A stretch of 64,000 nt of DNA from assembly GCA_951804945.1 (NCBI GenBank), contig OX638163.1, forward strand, positions 44,082,001 to 44,146,000. The letters run 5' to 3'. This document shows positions 24,503 to 36,732 of this stretch, piece by piece. The notes beneath the pieces are model-generated. The model searched no databases. It was given only the letters and a program-made list of their open reading frames with translations, and was not told the origin of the DNA. The stretch's first letter is position 1. Every line of letters starts with the position of its first letter. Position numbers and translations under genes: made by a program. This DNA is from Podarcis cretensis (Eukaryota).

Positions 24503-26237
24503 GTGTACCTACCTATATACATATATGACTAAGTGTTAATACCATTCATCCTAAGGGGGGTAGTCAGTGTCATACAGATGAAACAAAGGCCTTGTGTTTC
24601 TTCTTGACTAAGGACATTCCCAAATGTTTGATTCCTGGAAAGTTTAATGGTTTAAGGGAAGAGTTCTTAATGAGGGAATACATCTGAGGGACTCAAATTA
24701 GTATGACAGTCCTTTTCATAGTCCCCCTCCTTCAATGAAACCCATAATGTTCCTGCTGCACAAGCTGAGTTGGGGTGGGGGAGACCAGAAATGGCTGGGC
24801 TTTATCATGTAAATTGCAAATTGTGGGCATCACTGGGGGTATGCTAGTCCACCACAGATTTGTGGCTATGAAACTGCTCTGCATAGGTGGATGGGTTGGT
24901 TAAATGCTTGGCTGGATTTATAAGTACAGCAACATTTTCAGCCAGTTCTGAAACATCCCAAAGTTAGAGCATCAGAAGGAAAAGCCTTGAAGTTGTATGG
25001 GGAGCAGTGCAGTTGTAACAGATATTTAAAAAGTTCCATACAGTTCCTTTAAAGGCCAAAACAATAATCAAACAGCATAACTGGCATTGGATTGAAAGCG
25101 CTCTGTTGTTTTACGAGTAGACTAAATTCATCATCCAGGCAGTCATTAATTTTATAAAAGCAGTTATCCTCGTCATATATTTTAAGCATCTTAACTACAG
25201 AAGTGTGGGGGTGGGTGGGGATAAAACTCAACTGTGTAATGCCCCAAGCTGAATGCATTCAATTTTAGGGTGATTAGCCAGCTGGAAGCAACATGCTTTT
25301 AAAGCAATGTCGGTTTTGTTTTGTTTTGTTTAACCAATTCTAGCATCCAGTAAAGACAAAATGGTTTCAGAAAAGGGGACGATATCATGAAGCAGAACTT
25401 AGAAGTTGTTCATCTGGTGTAGCACAGCTGCAACATTAGCCTGCTGGTTGCTGTGCTGGAAGGAAGGGAGGCAAGGAGATGGAAACACCTCACTGACTTG
25501 CCTACCCCCCCCCTTCCTGGCCTAGTGTTGGGAGATCCATTGGCCTCCCTGCAGTGGCTCCTCCATCTTTCTTGCTTGCTTGCCAAGAGAGCTGATGGAT
25601 AAGCAAGGGTGTTTAAGGCAGAGGTGAATAGAGCTGTCTGTTTGTGGTGAGTCAACAGCAATAGCTGCTTTTCCCTGCCCATCTATGTGAGTGGCAAATG
25701 AGTGAGCAGCAAGGACAGAAAAGAATAGCAGTAGTGGGTCAGGTGGTAACTGAAACAGTAAGCAGATGCCCAAGAACACTTTCCATTTAGATGTCAACCC
25801 TGCCAAGAAGTAGAATGTGCTTTGGATTTGTACTTGGCAAAAATCAGTGCAGACCACATTATTTGCACACAGAAGGTCCTAGGTTGCATCCATAGTTTCT
25901 CCAGTAGGACTGAGAAAGACCCCTGTTTGAAACTATGGAGGCATGCTGCCAGTCACTTCAAAGCACTGGTTTTCAGTCATTGTTTTGGGACTCAATCATG
26001 GGATGCAACCTGTTCTAAGGTGTGTAACAACAGCAGTACCACCTCCATATGAATGTGTGACCAAAAAAGAGAAAAGATAAATGGATCCTGAAATGCACGT
26101 TTGGGTTAACGGTGGGTATTTGGGTCTGAAAGGTTGAAGACAGCTGGTGTTAGATGGATCAATGGTCTGATTGAGTATGTCACCTTCCTATGAACCTGTG
26201 AGATGAAAACAGCCAAGTGGATGTGAGTTCTAGTCTG

Positions 26238-26445
26238 AGAGCCAGTGTGACATAGTGGTTAGAGTGTTGCGTTAGGAACTGAGAGACCAAGGTTGAAATC
26301 CCTGCTTGGCCATGAAACTCACTGGGTGACCTTTATCCAGTCACCATCACTCAGCCTAAGCTACCTCACAGGGTTGTTGGACATTGTGGAGAATGGAAGA
26401 GCCATGCACAGCTCATTGAGGTCTTGGAGAAGAAGGTAGAATATA
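26238..26445 (+). mobile_element. tRNA-derived CORE-type SINE (MIR/Squam3-like), old
   Basis: gccagtgtgacatagtggttagagtg A-box, ggttgaaatcc B-box, gggtgacct..cagtcac..tcagcct core. Confidence 0.75.
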
Positions 26446-26531
26446 AGAAGCAAAAGCAAGCAAACAAATGACTAGCCATAATGCAAATGGTATTGGAAGT
26501 ATTAAAATATGCAGCTGGCATCCTGAATCTA

Positions 26532-27328
26532 TGTTGCGGACCCAATCGCAGCACCCCCTCTTCTACACCAGTGGGCAATAGTAATAGTGTGATGGAGCAA
26601 ACTTGACAAGACGATGATCTGGGATTAAATTGGCCACAACTTTATTGATTACAGATGTAGGTAGGCTTTAGCTCAGGCCTTGGATGTATATGCATTTCAG
26701 CCTCCTGATGGAGGGCTGAAGATTAAGCAGGGTCATGCCTGGGATATGGACGACGTCAAGACACAGGTCCACTGCCAGATGCTTCTGGAAGTTCTATGAC
26801 TCTGTCCCACACTTGGTTTCTGGACAGGGCCTTCCACTTAGACCACTCTAATGGTGTACTCTGAGATTGCACCTGCTATAGGCTGATCCACCACTTCATC
26901 CCAATCCTTCAATGGACTAGAATTTCATCCAATACCTCATCCACCCAAAGTTGTGACATTTGCTATGAAGGCAGAACCACCAAATGGGCCCAATTTGTCT
27001 GCATGCAAATTCCTTCCTGGTTCCAAACATGGGAAGCATTGTAAAACAATTGCAAGGTCAATATACTGGGTACACATGAAAGCAAAGCAAAGTTATGATA
27101 CAAGTTAAACAGCAGCAGCATGGAGGGAAGGAGGGATGGTTGCTCTTTGGCTGACTGGGCAACCCAGATGCAGCTGGCTTTTATTATTAGGTGTCAAATT
27201 GGAACGAAGACCCAGGCTCCACCCTGCTGCTTGCCCATGACTACAGTTAATAATTTTAGGGTTGGATAATGGTCAGCAGTGAAAAGACAACTTTTGCCCC
27301 CCCAGGAACAGAGGGGGAACCAGCAACA
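26532..27328 (-). mobile_element. Probable solo LTR (~800 bp)
   Basis: TG...CA ends with terminal inverted repeat tgttgc/gcaaca; minus-strand AATAAA at ~26641-26646 near the 3' end; TSD degraded (atcta/agcca). Confidence 0.6.
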
Positions 27329-27344
27329 AGCCACAACTGCCACT

Positions 27345-28304
27345 CAGTGACGTCACAAGGTGGGGGAGAGGGGCGGTGCACCGGAGGGTGGCAAGAAGGC
27401 ACCCGTGGGGTGCTTGCCCTGCCTACCCGGCCCGGGTACGGCGGTGCAAGCAGCCATTGCACCGCTGCAGCCACATGTGAAGGACCCTCCGTTTGCGGCT
27501 GCAGCCGCGAGCAGAGGATCCCACCACCGTCTGTATGGCGTTTGAGTGGCACCGGTGGCAAGCTGCTACGTACAACACATGCATGGTGTTGCATGCATGC
27601 GCTGTACATAGCAACGCCGCACATGCGCTGTACATAGCGGTTTGCCTCCAGCGCTGCCCGAGCACCATACAGACGGCGGTAGGATGCCTCAGTCACTGCT
27701 ACAGCTGCCAGTGGAGGATCCCTCCACTACCACTGCAGCCGCAAGCAGAGAATCCTGCCACCATCTGTATGGCTCTCGGGTGGTGGTGGTGGCAAACCAC
27801 TACTACATACAATGCATGTGCGGTGTCGAATGCATGTGCTGTGCATAGTGAAGCTGCACATGCACTGTAAATAGCGGTTTGCCACCAGCACCGCCGGAGC
27901 ACCGTGTGGATGGCAGTGGGATCCCTCTGCTGACAGCAGAAGCTGCTTACGGCGATCCGGGGACCCCCCCCTCCTAGCCTCCCTCCGTCCCCGGCTCGCC
28001 GTAAGCAGCTCCTGCTTTTCCGCTTTACAGCAAGCCGGGGAGGGAGGGGGCGGAAAGACAGGAGCTGTGACTCCTAAGAGGACGCAACTTTGCCAGCACC
28101 CCGGCAAAGCGGCATAGCTCCCCCCTTCCCCCGACGGCTTGGGGTACTTGGGAGTTGCGGGGGTGGCGGTGCAGAGGCATAGGAAGAGGGGTGGACATTT
28201 GGCACCCGCCCGTGACTCCCAAGTCTACCCCGAGCTGTTGATGGGGGGGGGGGGTGTGACAAAAAAATTCCGCACTGGCACTACCTGGCCTTGCTACACC
28301 TCTG
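27345..28304. mobile_element. 960-bp GC/CpG-rich non-autonomous hAT element with internal tandem hairpins
   Basis: Perfect 8-bp TSD ctgccact (27337-27344, 28305-28312); imperfect TIR cagtgacgtcacaagg vs ccttgctacacctctg; 234-bp internal tandem units. Confidence 0.85.
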
Positions 28305-28452
28305 CTGCCACTCACCCCCGAGCTGGGTAAGCGGGTATCGTTGATTGTCACTTCATTGCTAAGGTGCACTGAGCATTGTTTAATCATATTCAGATTCGTC
28401 CTATGTTCTTATTAACCTCTCTTCTTGCTACTACAAATCCTCTGCACACCCC

Positions 28453-28764
28453 TAGTGCCTGATTTATGTATAAGCTAAAAAAGCTATAGCTTAGGGACCC
28501 ACTGTCTTGGGGCCCCCACAAAAAAAATAAAGGGAAAAAAACCTGGATGTACATTTCCAAAATATAAGATAAAAAAAACAAATGAAATAAAACCTACATA
28601 CACCAAATAGCTTTAGATACCTATTAGCTCCATAAATTACCATATAGCATATATTCAACAACAAAAAACAGTGACAATTTGTTGTTGACAAAGGACAGCT
28701 GGACATATAAAGGGCCCCATTTCCTCCAGTAGCTTAGGGCTCATCAGACCTAAATCCGGCCCTG
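28453..28764 (+). mobile_element. hAT MITE, CAGTGCCGGATTTA family
   Basis: Colinear with 4540-5216 minus the SINE; end taaatccggccctg; degraded TSD cacacccc/ccaacccc. Confidence 0.88.
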
Positions 28765-29304
28765 CCAACCCCCCACACAAGGGAAAGTCATTAGAAAAGA
28801 TTGTAGTCCTGTCTTTACCTAAGCAGAGGAGCTTCTCCCTCCCTCCCTCCTTCTCTCTCTCTCTCCCCCCCCCCTCTCTGTAACATGAAGATTTTAATGC
28901 AATAGACCACCTGCAGGACCGTGAACTGGTAGTCACACATATTATTGTTACTATCATTCTGCGTATCTTCTTCTTCTTCTTTTTAATGTGTAGACCATTT
29001 CAGAACAATGTGAACAAGAATTTAGATCAATGTTCTCAAACTTAAGAGCTCTATCCTGTGGTTTAACAGGAATTATATTCAGGAAGAGAACAGTACATTT
29101 TGCTACAACCCACGGCTTAGTTTATGATGAATTGATTTATAAAGTGTCAAGGTTGTCTGGAGCAGATGCTTTTATGACCACAACAGAAATACAGCAGCCA
29201 CAAATTAAAATGTCCCTCTAAAACCTCATCAGATTTGTTTTGCAGGAATTTAGCCAGAAGTAGGGATGCAGGAGAAATCCAATTTGATTAGGTCCTTCAG
29301 GTGA

Positions 29305-29980
29305 ACCCGCAGGGTGTGTTGGGAGTTAGGGGGGTGGGTAGTAACTCTTGTGGTTAGGGGTCCCTTTACCTTTACCTTTAGTACCTCTTGTGGGGGACAC
29401 TTCATGCTGCTTTTGGGTTGCCTTGCTTCTTCTGGGGTAGTATGTCTACCTTTCGTCCCCACCCTGCACTCAGCTATCACCTGTGGCTCCTAGAAGCTGT
29501 CAGCATGCAACAGTGGCCACAATCCCAGGAACAGCTTAGACTGGTCAGCTAAACCAGAAGAACCTGGTGAGTTAGGTGAATTAGGGACTTCCACTGCATG
29601 TGAAGATGGGCTCTGGTGTTTTGAGCCCAATAGTGGGTCCAACGGCCAAGGAGGTGGTTTCTGCACATGCTTTTGAGGGAAATGAGGGGCTTGACAACCT
29701 GGGAAGGTAGCCCATTTAGAAGAAGAAAACTCTGGTCCTAAACCTCCGTTGCCTTGTGGCTAAACTCATTCATGAGAAAGGCTTCAGGAGTAACCTCCAA
29801 GGAAAAAAAAAATCCATACCTGCTGCTTTGTAGAGGAAAAAGGACTAAGAGTCCCTAAGGTGGTTGAGATGGTGTTTTGTATGTCTCCTTCTGGCAACTT
29901 CAGCAGTCGAGCTCGTGCCAATGTATTGCTTTGCTTTGCTTTCACCAAGGCTAAGAGGAAGGTCACCAGCTCAGAGGTAT
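29305..29980 (+). mobile_element. RTE-clade LINE 5' UTR-like region
   Basis: Recalled RTE 5' motifs (cactcagctatcacctgtggctcc, gggaaggtagcccatttagaagaagaaaactctg, ccttctggcaact); not database-confirmed. Confidence 0.55.
29354..29378 (+). mobile_element. 25-nt Sauria SINE/BovB-type 3' tail insertion
   Basis: ttaggggtccctttacctttacctt between 15-bp TSD tagta(a/c)ctcttgtgg (29339-29353, 29379-29393). Confidence 0.85.
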
Positions 29981-30339
29981 TTCATTTTATCTTCTTCGGA
30001 TTTTGCATTCTCTTTCAGTCCCAAAGCAAAACTTTTGTTACATTTTCAAACAATTTAAAACAAACAAACAAAACCAACAACCCCAGAATGTTCCCTTGTC
30101 TTGAGCACAGCAAGAGCACAGCAAAAGAAAAAACAGCAGGATCACATGATGGAAAGGGACTATTCTTTTCTGTACCATCATCTACAGGTGAAATGTAATT
30201 CAATATTAAACCTGTGTTTGCTACTTCAGTTCCTGGGCAGCCTGGGACCTCCATACACACTGCCCAGGCTTGCTCCCCAGAGAGGTCACTTCAGTGCTGC
30301 TAGTGCAACAAAAACTGCCAAGAGGCAGCAGTTACAAGG

Positions 30340-30442
30340 AACTGGTCTCTGCAGCCACAATAGTTGGTGTAATTCTCTAGAGGTTTGATTTCTTCCCCAG
30401 AGGCACACTGTCTTTTCAGACAGATGGATGCCAACAGCAACC
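30340..30442 (+). mobile_element. RTE LINE extreme 3' end
   Basis: tggtctctgcagccaca...gacagatggatgccaacagcaac matches the end of the 55348-55617 copy. Confidence 0.75.
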
Positions 30443-30519
30443 ACCTATTTTGCCCTTTCTGGAACAATATGCAACATGCTAGTCTATATATTTTGTAGGA
30501 CCTATCCTGTTCTTTTGAC

Positions 30520-30980
30520 TTATTAATAATAATTTATTAATCACCTTCAGAACCACCATCTAAAGGCAATCTACACGCTAATTAATTAAAAATGGTTAAA
30601 CAGAAAAACAACAAATAGGATTAAAAACCCAACACTATTTGTAAGCACCCATTTACCAAGCAGGGAAAGTCGGTGGGGAACACTATTCCACAGAACAGTG
30701 GCAGCCACACTAAAAGCCTTTCTCTGAGTTACTGTGGAGCAGGTTTCTGAGAACTTGCAGCAGAGACTTGGCTGCAGACCACAGTGATCTCTTTAGTATA
30801 TAAGGGATAAGCTGATCTCTTAGGTAACCTGATTCCAAACTATATAGAGATTTACATACTCATAACAACTTTGCCCACTAGTAAACTGGCAGCCAGTGTA
30901 AATCTCACAAGCAAAGTGCTTTATGCAGGTTGTAATTTGTCCTCAGAAACAAGTTAACCACCACATTCTGTACCAGCTGA
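30520..30980 (-). mobile_element. Old L2 3' fragment
   Basis: aatttattaatcacc tail, ctattccacag..aaaagcc, aactggcagccagtg (HWLPV antisense), cattctgtaccagctg (QLVQN antisense). Confidence 0.65.
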
Positions 30981-31862
30981 GATGCTAGGCTTGTTTGCAG
31001 CTGCCCCTATCATATTTCACTCTTTAAGGTGGGGGTCATCTGATGACTTGCTGTACAGCAAGACCCTGAGTTCTACCCTTAGCTGTATAACTATGAGCAT
31101 TGATGGTGTTGCTGTTGCTTCTCGCCACTATGCAAACCAGTTAAGAGCAATACTGTTTAGAGAGAATGTGTTAAAAGCTCACAACTTTCAGATGCTTCAG
31201 GAACATGAGAGATGCCTTTAAGAGACAGGCAAGTGTTGGCTGCCAAATAACACCGTTCATAAATGGCTTGCAAAAAGAATGTCAAAGGGAATGTTCTGGG
31301 AAAGATCTCCTAAAGGAGAACCGAAGCCCGACTTGGAAAAGGTTAGATTAAAATACTTACTTTTCTCTTCTTTCTGTATCACTGTCATGCCCTCTTGTGG
31401 TCATTTTCTGAAACTGAAGCTTATAGCTTTCCATCTCTCGTGTAAGTTGCTATAGAAATGTAGTGTGTTCTTCATTCTCTATACTCTCAGGGCTTGGGTT
31501 ACGTAAATATATATCATATATCTCTTTACCAATGTAGATGCAACTGACAGAGGAGACTGAGTTACTTTCCATCTGAGATTTTAACGAGGACTTTACATTT
31601 TTACTGTAAATGGGTGAATCAGGCAAGGAATAGGAGGACAGACATTGGAAGGGAGCCTCCCATAACTTTTGATTTGTATAAAGCTGCGGTGGAGATGAAC
31701 CCAAGGGTGAGGTGTGTGGTTTTCTAGTACGGAAGACACAGGAGGAAAGACCACATGAGTCCATGTAATGAATATATGGAAGTAACCAAAGAAGGGGTAG
31801 ACATTTTATGCATTCACTCTAGCCAGGGGTTGGGGAGCATAGCTTCCAGATCCATAAAACAA

Positions 31863-32101
31863 GGAGGAGGAGGAGGAGGAGTTTGGACTTGATATTCTGC
31901 CTTTGCCTGAAGGAGTCTCAATCGGCTAACAATCTCCTTTCCCTTCCTCCCCCACAACAAACACTCTGGTATGTGAATAAGGCTTAGAGACTGCAGAGAA
32001 GTGTGACTAGCCCAAGGTCACCCAGCAGCTGCATGTGAAGGAGCGGGGAAGCAAACCCGGTTCACCAGATTACAAGTCCACCGCTCTTAACCACTACACC
32101 A
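31863..32101 (-). mobile_element. Squam3-like tRNA-derived SINE
   Basis: Colinear with 60366-60618; minus-strand head GGTGTAGTGGTTAAGAGCGG, (TCC)n tail. Confidence 0.9.
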
Positions 32102-32191
32102 AGACTGTCCCTGCCCTCAAATGTGCAATCTAAAAAGCACGACACACAAGGAAATATAGGTGAGGAGAGGGAAAAGAGCCAGGCACTAGTG

Positions 32192-32508
32192 CATGGTAGG
32201 CCTGGGGGCAGGATCCTGCCTAATTGCCTTCTAAATCCGGCCCATGGGCGGTCTGGGAATCAGCGTGTTTTTACATGAATAGAATGTATCTTTTTATTTA
32301 AAATGCATCTCTGGGTAATTTGTGGGGCCTGCCTGGTGTTTTTACATCAGTAGAATGTGTGCTTTTATTTAAAATGCATCTCTGGGTTATTTGTGCAGCA
32401 AATGAATACATTCATTCCCCCCCCAAAAAAAAAAATATAGTCCAGCCCCCCACAAGGTCTGAGGGACAGTGGACCAGCCCCGTGCTGAAAAAGTTTGCTG
32501 ACCCCTAC
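32192..32508 (+). mobile_element. hAT-Charlie (OposCharlie1/OC1-like) non-autonomous element
   Basis: 3' end atagtccagcccc..ggtctgagggacagtggacc..aaaagtttgctgacccct; TSD (c/g)actagtg of Charlie type; internal ~65-bp tandem duplication. Confidence 0.75.
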
Positions 32509-32669
32509 GACTAGTGCTTAGTTCTTATAATGCCCAACTGGAGTGGATTTTCTTTAGCCTGATTAACAGGCTGCCAACAGGTGACAGTTGGTGACAGCCA
32601 ACAAAACAGCTTCCCTTCCCCCTCTTTACTCCTGATCTTACCCTGCTCTCACACTCTTCTGAGGCTCTA

Positions 32670-33008
32670 AGAGGGGTGGGGAATCTCGGACCCATGTACT
32701 TCAAGCTTCTCTATCCAGCCCTTTGGGAACTTTCCAGGCCCCAGCCCTTCTCACCAGACCCCACCCCATACTGGTCTTGCTTCATGCCCTTCTTGTATGT
32801 TTGTGTGTATGGCTGGAATGTGTCCATACTACTTTTTCATTACCTGGATGCGGGATAGAGAGGGGTGTGCGTAGAAACTGGACTATTGTGTTTGTTGCTC
32901 CTCCCACTTTTGCATCAGGCCCCACCCACCACAGGCATATGGCTCCTTGGTGGTTGTATGGAAAGCAATGTTGCCCTCAGGATGAAAAAAATGTCTGCTA
33001 TCCCTGTT
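32670..33008 (+). mobile_element. Old hAT-type MITE
   Basis: aggggtggggaatc...tatccctg termini; same family as the host of the L1 at 59935-61645. Confidence 0.55.
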
Positions 33009-35734
33009 TTAGGTGGTCTTGCATGAGCATTTGGTTTGTGGGAGTGTAACCCATTTGTGGTAACATCTCTGTGTTGTTCCTTCTTCTTTTCTACACTCAT
33101 TGTGGAAGAGATGCTCTCTCAGGCTTCCTGCGCACAATACTTTGATGTCAGCAAGATGGAATACTTACTTCTAAGGAGCTGTTCATAACATAAGAGATTG
33201 ATTCTCCCTTGTTCAAGTTTTAAAAAAATACTGGAGCAGCTCAGTGGATAATTATAATAAATTGCTCTAAGTGGGATGGGTGCTATTATCTCACGTTAGG
33301 CAATCATGTCGTGAGCATCAGATAATTTTAAAATTGTATTTAAATGAAGATTAAATAAAGATGTTAAAAAGTAAGCGTAGGTAAATGAAACATCTCTGGG
33401 CCTTGGAAACGGAAAAAAAGTTAAACAGATATAATTGAAATCACTTAAAATAAGTCGTGTTCCATAAGTTAATTTCCAGAAATTCAGCACTAATATTATG
33501 TATCTTAAACAAGGGCTCAAATTGTATCCACTAAAATAGGTTCCTGAATCTAAGCAAGACACAGAAACATTGGAATAAAGGAAAGACCTGAGGAGTCTCT
33601 ATGGGAAACTCCTGGATGGAGTTGAAGATGTTCCAAGCCAAAGAGTAAACCAAAGGGTTTCAGTGCACTTACCACAGCGACTAGTGTAGAGATAAACAAA
33701 GCTCCATGTTGGAACGGTTGTGTATTGTATTTTGCTGTGGGCATGGCATGCCTAATTCCTGAACCAATATGTAAAGTGAAACTCATTTATCCTTCAAAAT
33801 CCACATTTCTGCATTGCATTTTGCAATGCAGCTCTCCAACAAAAACATAGCACAAAAAGGTTTATAACAGGGGAAACGCATGCAAAAGTGCATACAAATA
33901 GAAATGCTTCCAGAAATGGTATAAATTTCCATGGAGACATAAAAAACACAGACACACCCATTTGCAAACTGATGTGGAAACGGGCTCTAAACAGAATGTA
34001 AGACTGGAAATATGAAACCGACACGATTTACCAATCCTTGTAAGGTTGGGTTGTGTGAAGTGTGTCATGGGCAGGAAAATGCAAAATGTAAGCAGAGTTT
34101 GAAACTTCAAGCTCAGGTACACTATTCTGGGGGTCTGTAGGCTATTTTCTGATAGCCAGTTGTGTAAATTAATCCTGTTAATCCTGTCTCAAATCTTCAG
34201 CATGGGAACCCAGTGTCCCCACCCATTTGGCCTAGCCCAATTTCTAACACACAGTTTCTAGAAGGTGATAACAAACATTTGCTTCCCAAAGGCACCTCAA
34301 AAAATTGTGCTGTGGGATGTATGACCTGCAAGTAATGAGCCATAAAAAATATTTACAGGTCCAGCTATCTAATTGCAGAGCCATTAATGCAAATTGAAAC
34401 AAAGTGAGCTCTTATATTTTAACGAGCATTTTGACCGTTCTGTGAAACATGGAGTCCCAGTGGTTTGGAATGAAGAATTGCCACAACTGACAGGTGATGT
34501 CTTGAGAAACGCCAACTTCTGTATAGGGAAGAGGATGGAGATTCATTATATGAAGAGAATGAGCTTAATGGAGAAGTTTGCATATTTCTAGGCAAACAGG
34601 AGTTGTCACAATAGGAGATCTCTTGTTTTTTCATTTTCCAGCTCCTGAATTTACACATTCTGCATTTAACAGCTGAAGCTAAGGTCATTTAATCCTCTTA
34701 AGTTACTTGGATGGGAGACTAAACTATTAGGAATCATATAAATCCACTGGAGGAAAATAGGGATGTGTTCTAATATTATTTACATTCTTGGGTAAATACT
34801 ACTAGCTTTGTTGAAGCCCTACATTCTTTCTACAATCAAATGAAGCTCCTGGAGAAGATCTGCTTCCACCTGAGCTCTATAAGGAATACTTAAAATGCTG
34901 GATGCCTATTCTGTCTTATTTACCACCATAAACAGCATGGGTCAGATGGCCTTTGGATGAGAATTGAGTATCATTTCCAAATTTATAAGAAAGCGCATAG
35001 GAATGATCCTCCAGTCACCTTGTTAGACATCTCCTCAAAGCTATGTGCCTGGAATCTCCTTCAAAAACTATCAGACTAGCTTTAAAGTGGGACTTAGAGG
35101 AGAACATGGTATCATTGATCAGTGTGTTTTACCCTGAACCATATTATAAGAAAATATACCAAGAACAATAAGTATAATCCCTATGTAGCCTTTATTGAAC
35201 TTTCTGCTGCATTTGATTCTATTAATCAAAATAGACAGTGGGAGAAATTTCAAATTGCCAACATCGACTTCAGACTTCTGGTATTGATCCATGAATTATA
35301 CAGCAACACAGAAATGAGGGGTTGAGTAGATTTAAATTGTGGTATGACTATGCTTTTAAAAAGTTGCAAGGAGTGAAGCAAGGTGGCATTCTGGCTCCCA
35401 CTCTTTTAAACTTTTATATTAATGATTTGGTGTAATATTTAGTCAGTGCAAACTCCCCCTCTCCAGTAATTAGGAGCAGAAAGTTTTCGATCTTGATGAA
35501 TGTGGATGAGTTAATGATCCTTTCCTGATTGGGCCTCAAAAATCTCTTTGAGATGTTCGGCACATACTGTAAACAGGAAAGCCTATCTATAAATTACTCT
35601 AAGCCCAAGATTGGGATTTTGGGCATACTCAGTCCTAGGTATAGATGGTGCTTGAATCAAAAATTCAAACTCCATTTTGGAAATTTGCAGATCACGCCCC
35701 CTGCCGCCGTCCCTTCTGTCTACCATCAGGAATA

Positions 35735-35956
35735 CAGTTGTACCTTGGAAGTAGAACAGAATCCACTCTGGAAGTCTGTTTGAATTCCAAAATATTTGAC
35801 TTCCAAAGTGTGGCTTCTGATTGGCTGCAGGAAGCCCCATCGGACATTCGGCTTCTGAAAGAACATTTGAAAACCAGAACACTCACTTCCAGTTTTCAAT
35901 CATTCAGGAGCTGGAACGTTCGACTCCCAAAGCGTTCAGTAGCCAAGGTACGACTA
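35735..35956. mobile_element. Tc1/mariner (Tigger-like) MITE
   Basis: ta-cagttgtaccttgg...ccaaggtacgact; colinear with 19658-19873. Confidence 0.8.
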
Positions 35957-36732
35957 CCAGCATCTCTTTATACATAAGCCAAGTGCCAAACAGTTAAGGC
36001 AAGAGTGGATTGTGCTCACTTGAAGTATATTTTTTAAAATTGCTACTATGCCTATTCAGTGTTTTCTTGCGCTCTGCTATATGGAATTAGATAATAACCA
36101 ACCCCAGAAAGCAGCTTGTCAAGAGGTTTTAAACTATTATTATTTTCTAGAAATGAGCTCAGCACTGACCCTGAATAAGTGTCAACTAAGGGACTGGCTC
36201 TTCTGGCTAGAGTCCAGAAGTGACCTGCAACTAATTAGAAATGCCACATTTTATCCACTCTTGAGAACAGAGCATTTTAGAGCTAGTTATCTGACTAAAC
36301 TCTCACCAGTTTCGTTAAAGAAATCTCTCTATTGAGCTGTGTTTCCGAGTGATGCCCACTGCAGTCTTGGATGGCTGCTTCAACCAGGTCCCATATGCAG
36401 ACAGTCTTGTAGTTGTGGAAGACTTCACATTAGCCTGCCCCTTACATTGTGACCCAAGAGATCACTTTATGAAACCTTTATTCACAAAAGCAAGCAGGTA
36501 CATCCCAGCAGAAATTATCCAGTTTCTTTTGAGTGCTTCATAACACGAAGTGTAGCCCTCTATGCACTGGCTGGGGGGGGGGGGTGTCAGGAAAAAAATA
36601 CAATAAAATTGCTATAAATTGTTGTGGTGGTTCTGAAGTTTAATTTGAAATCAAGCTGGATTTGAGTTTGTTGGTGTCTCTGGCAACCTTTACCTTACAT
36701 CATGGATGTTAGCTCAGATTATGGATGTATAT

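Noticed and set aside
27256-28387. Cluster of overlapping 60-146-aa ORFs, or a gene promoter CpG island
   Set aside because: It lies essentially within a TSD-bounded GC-rich palindromic transposon, where stop codons are rare by composition.
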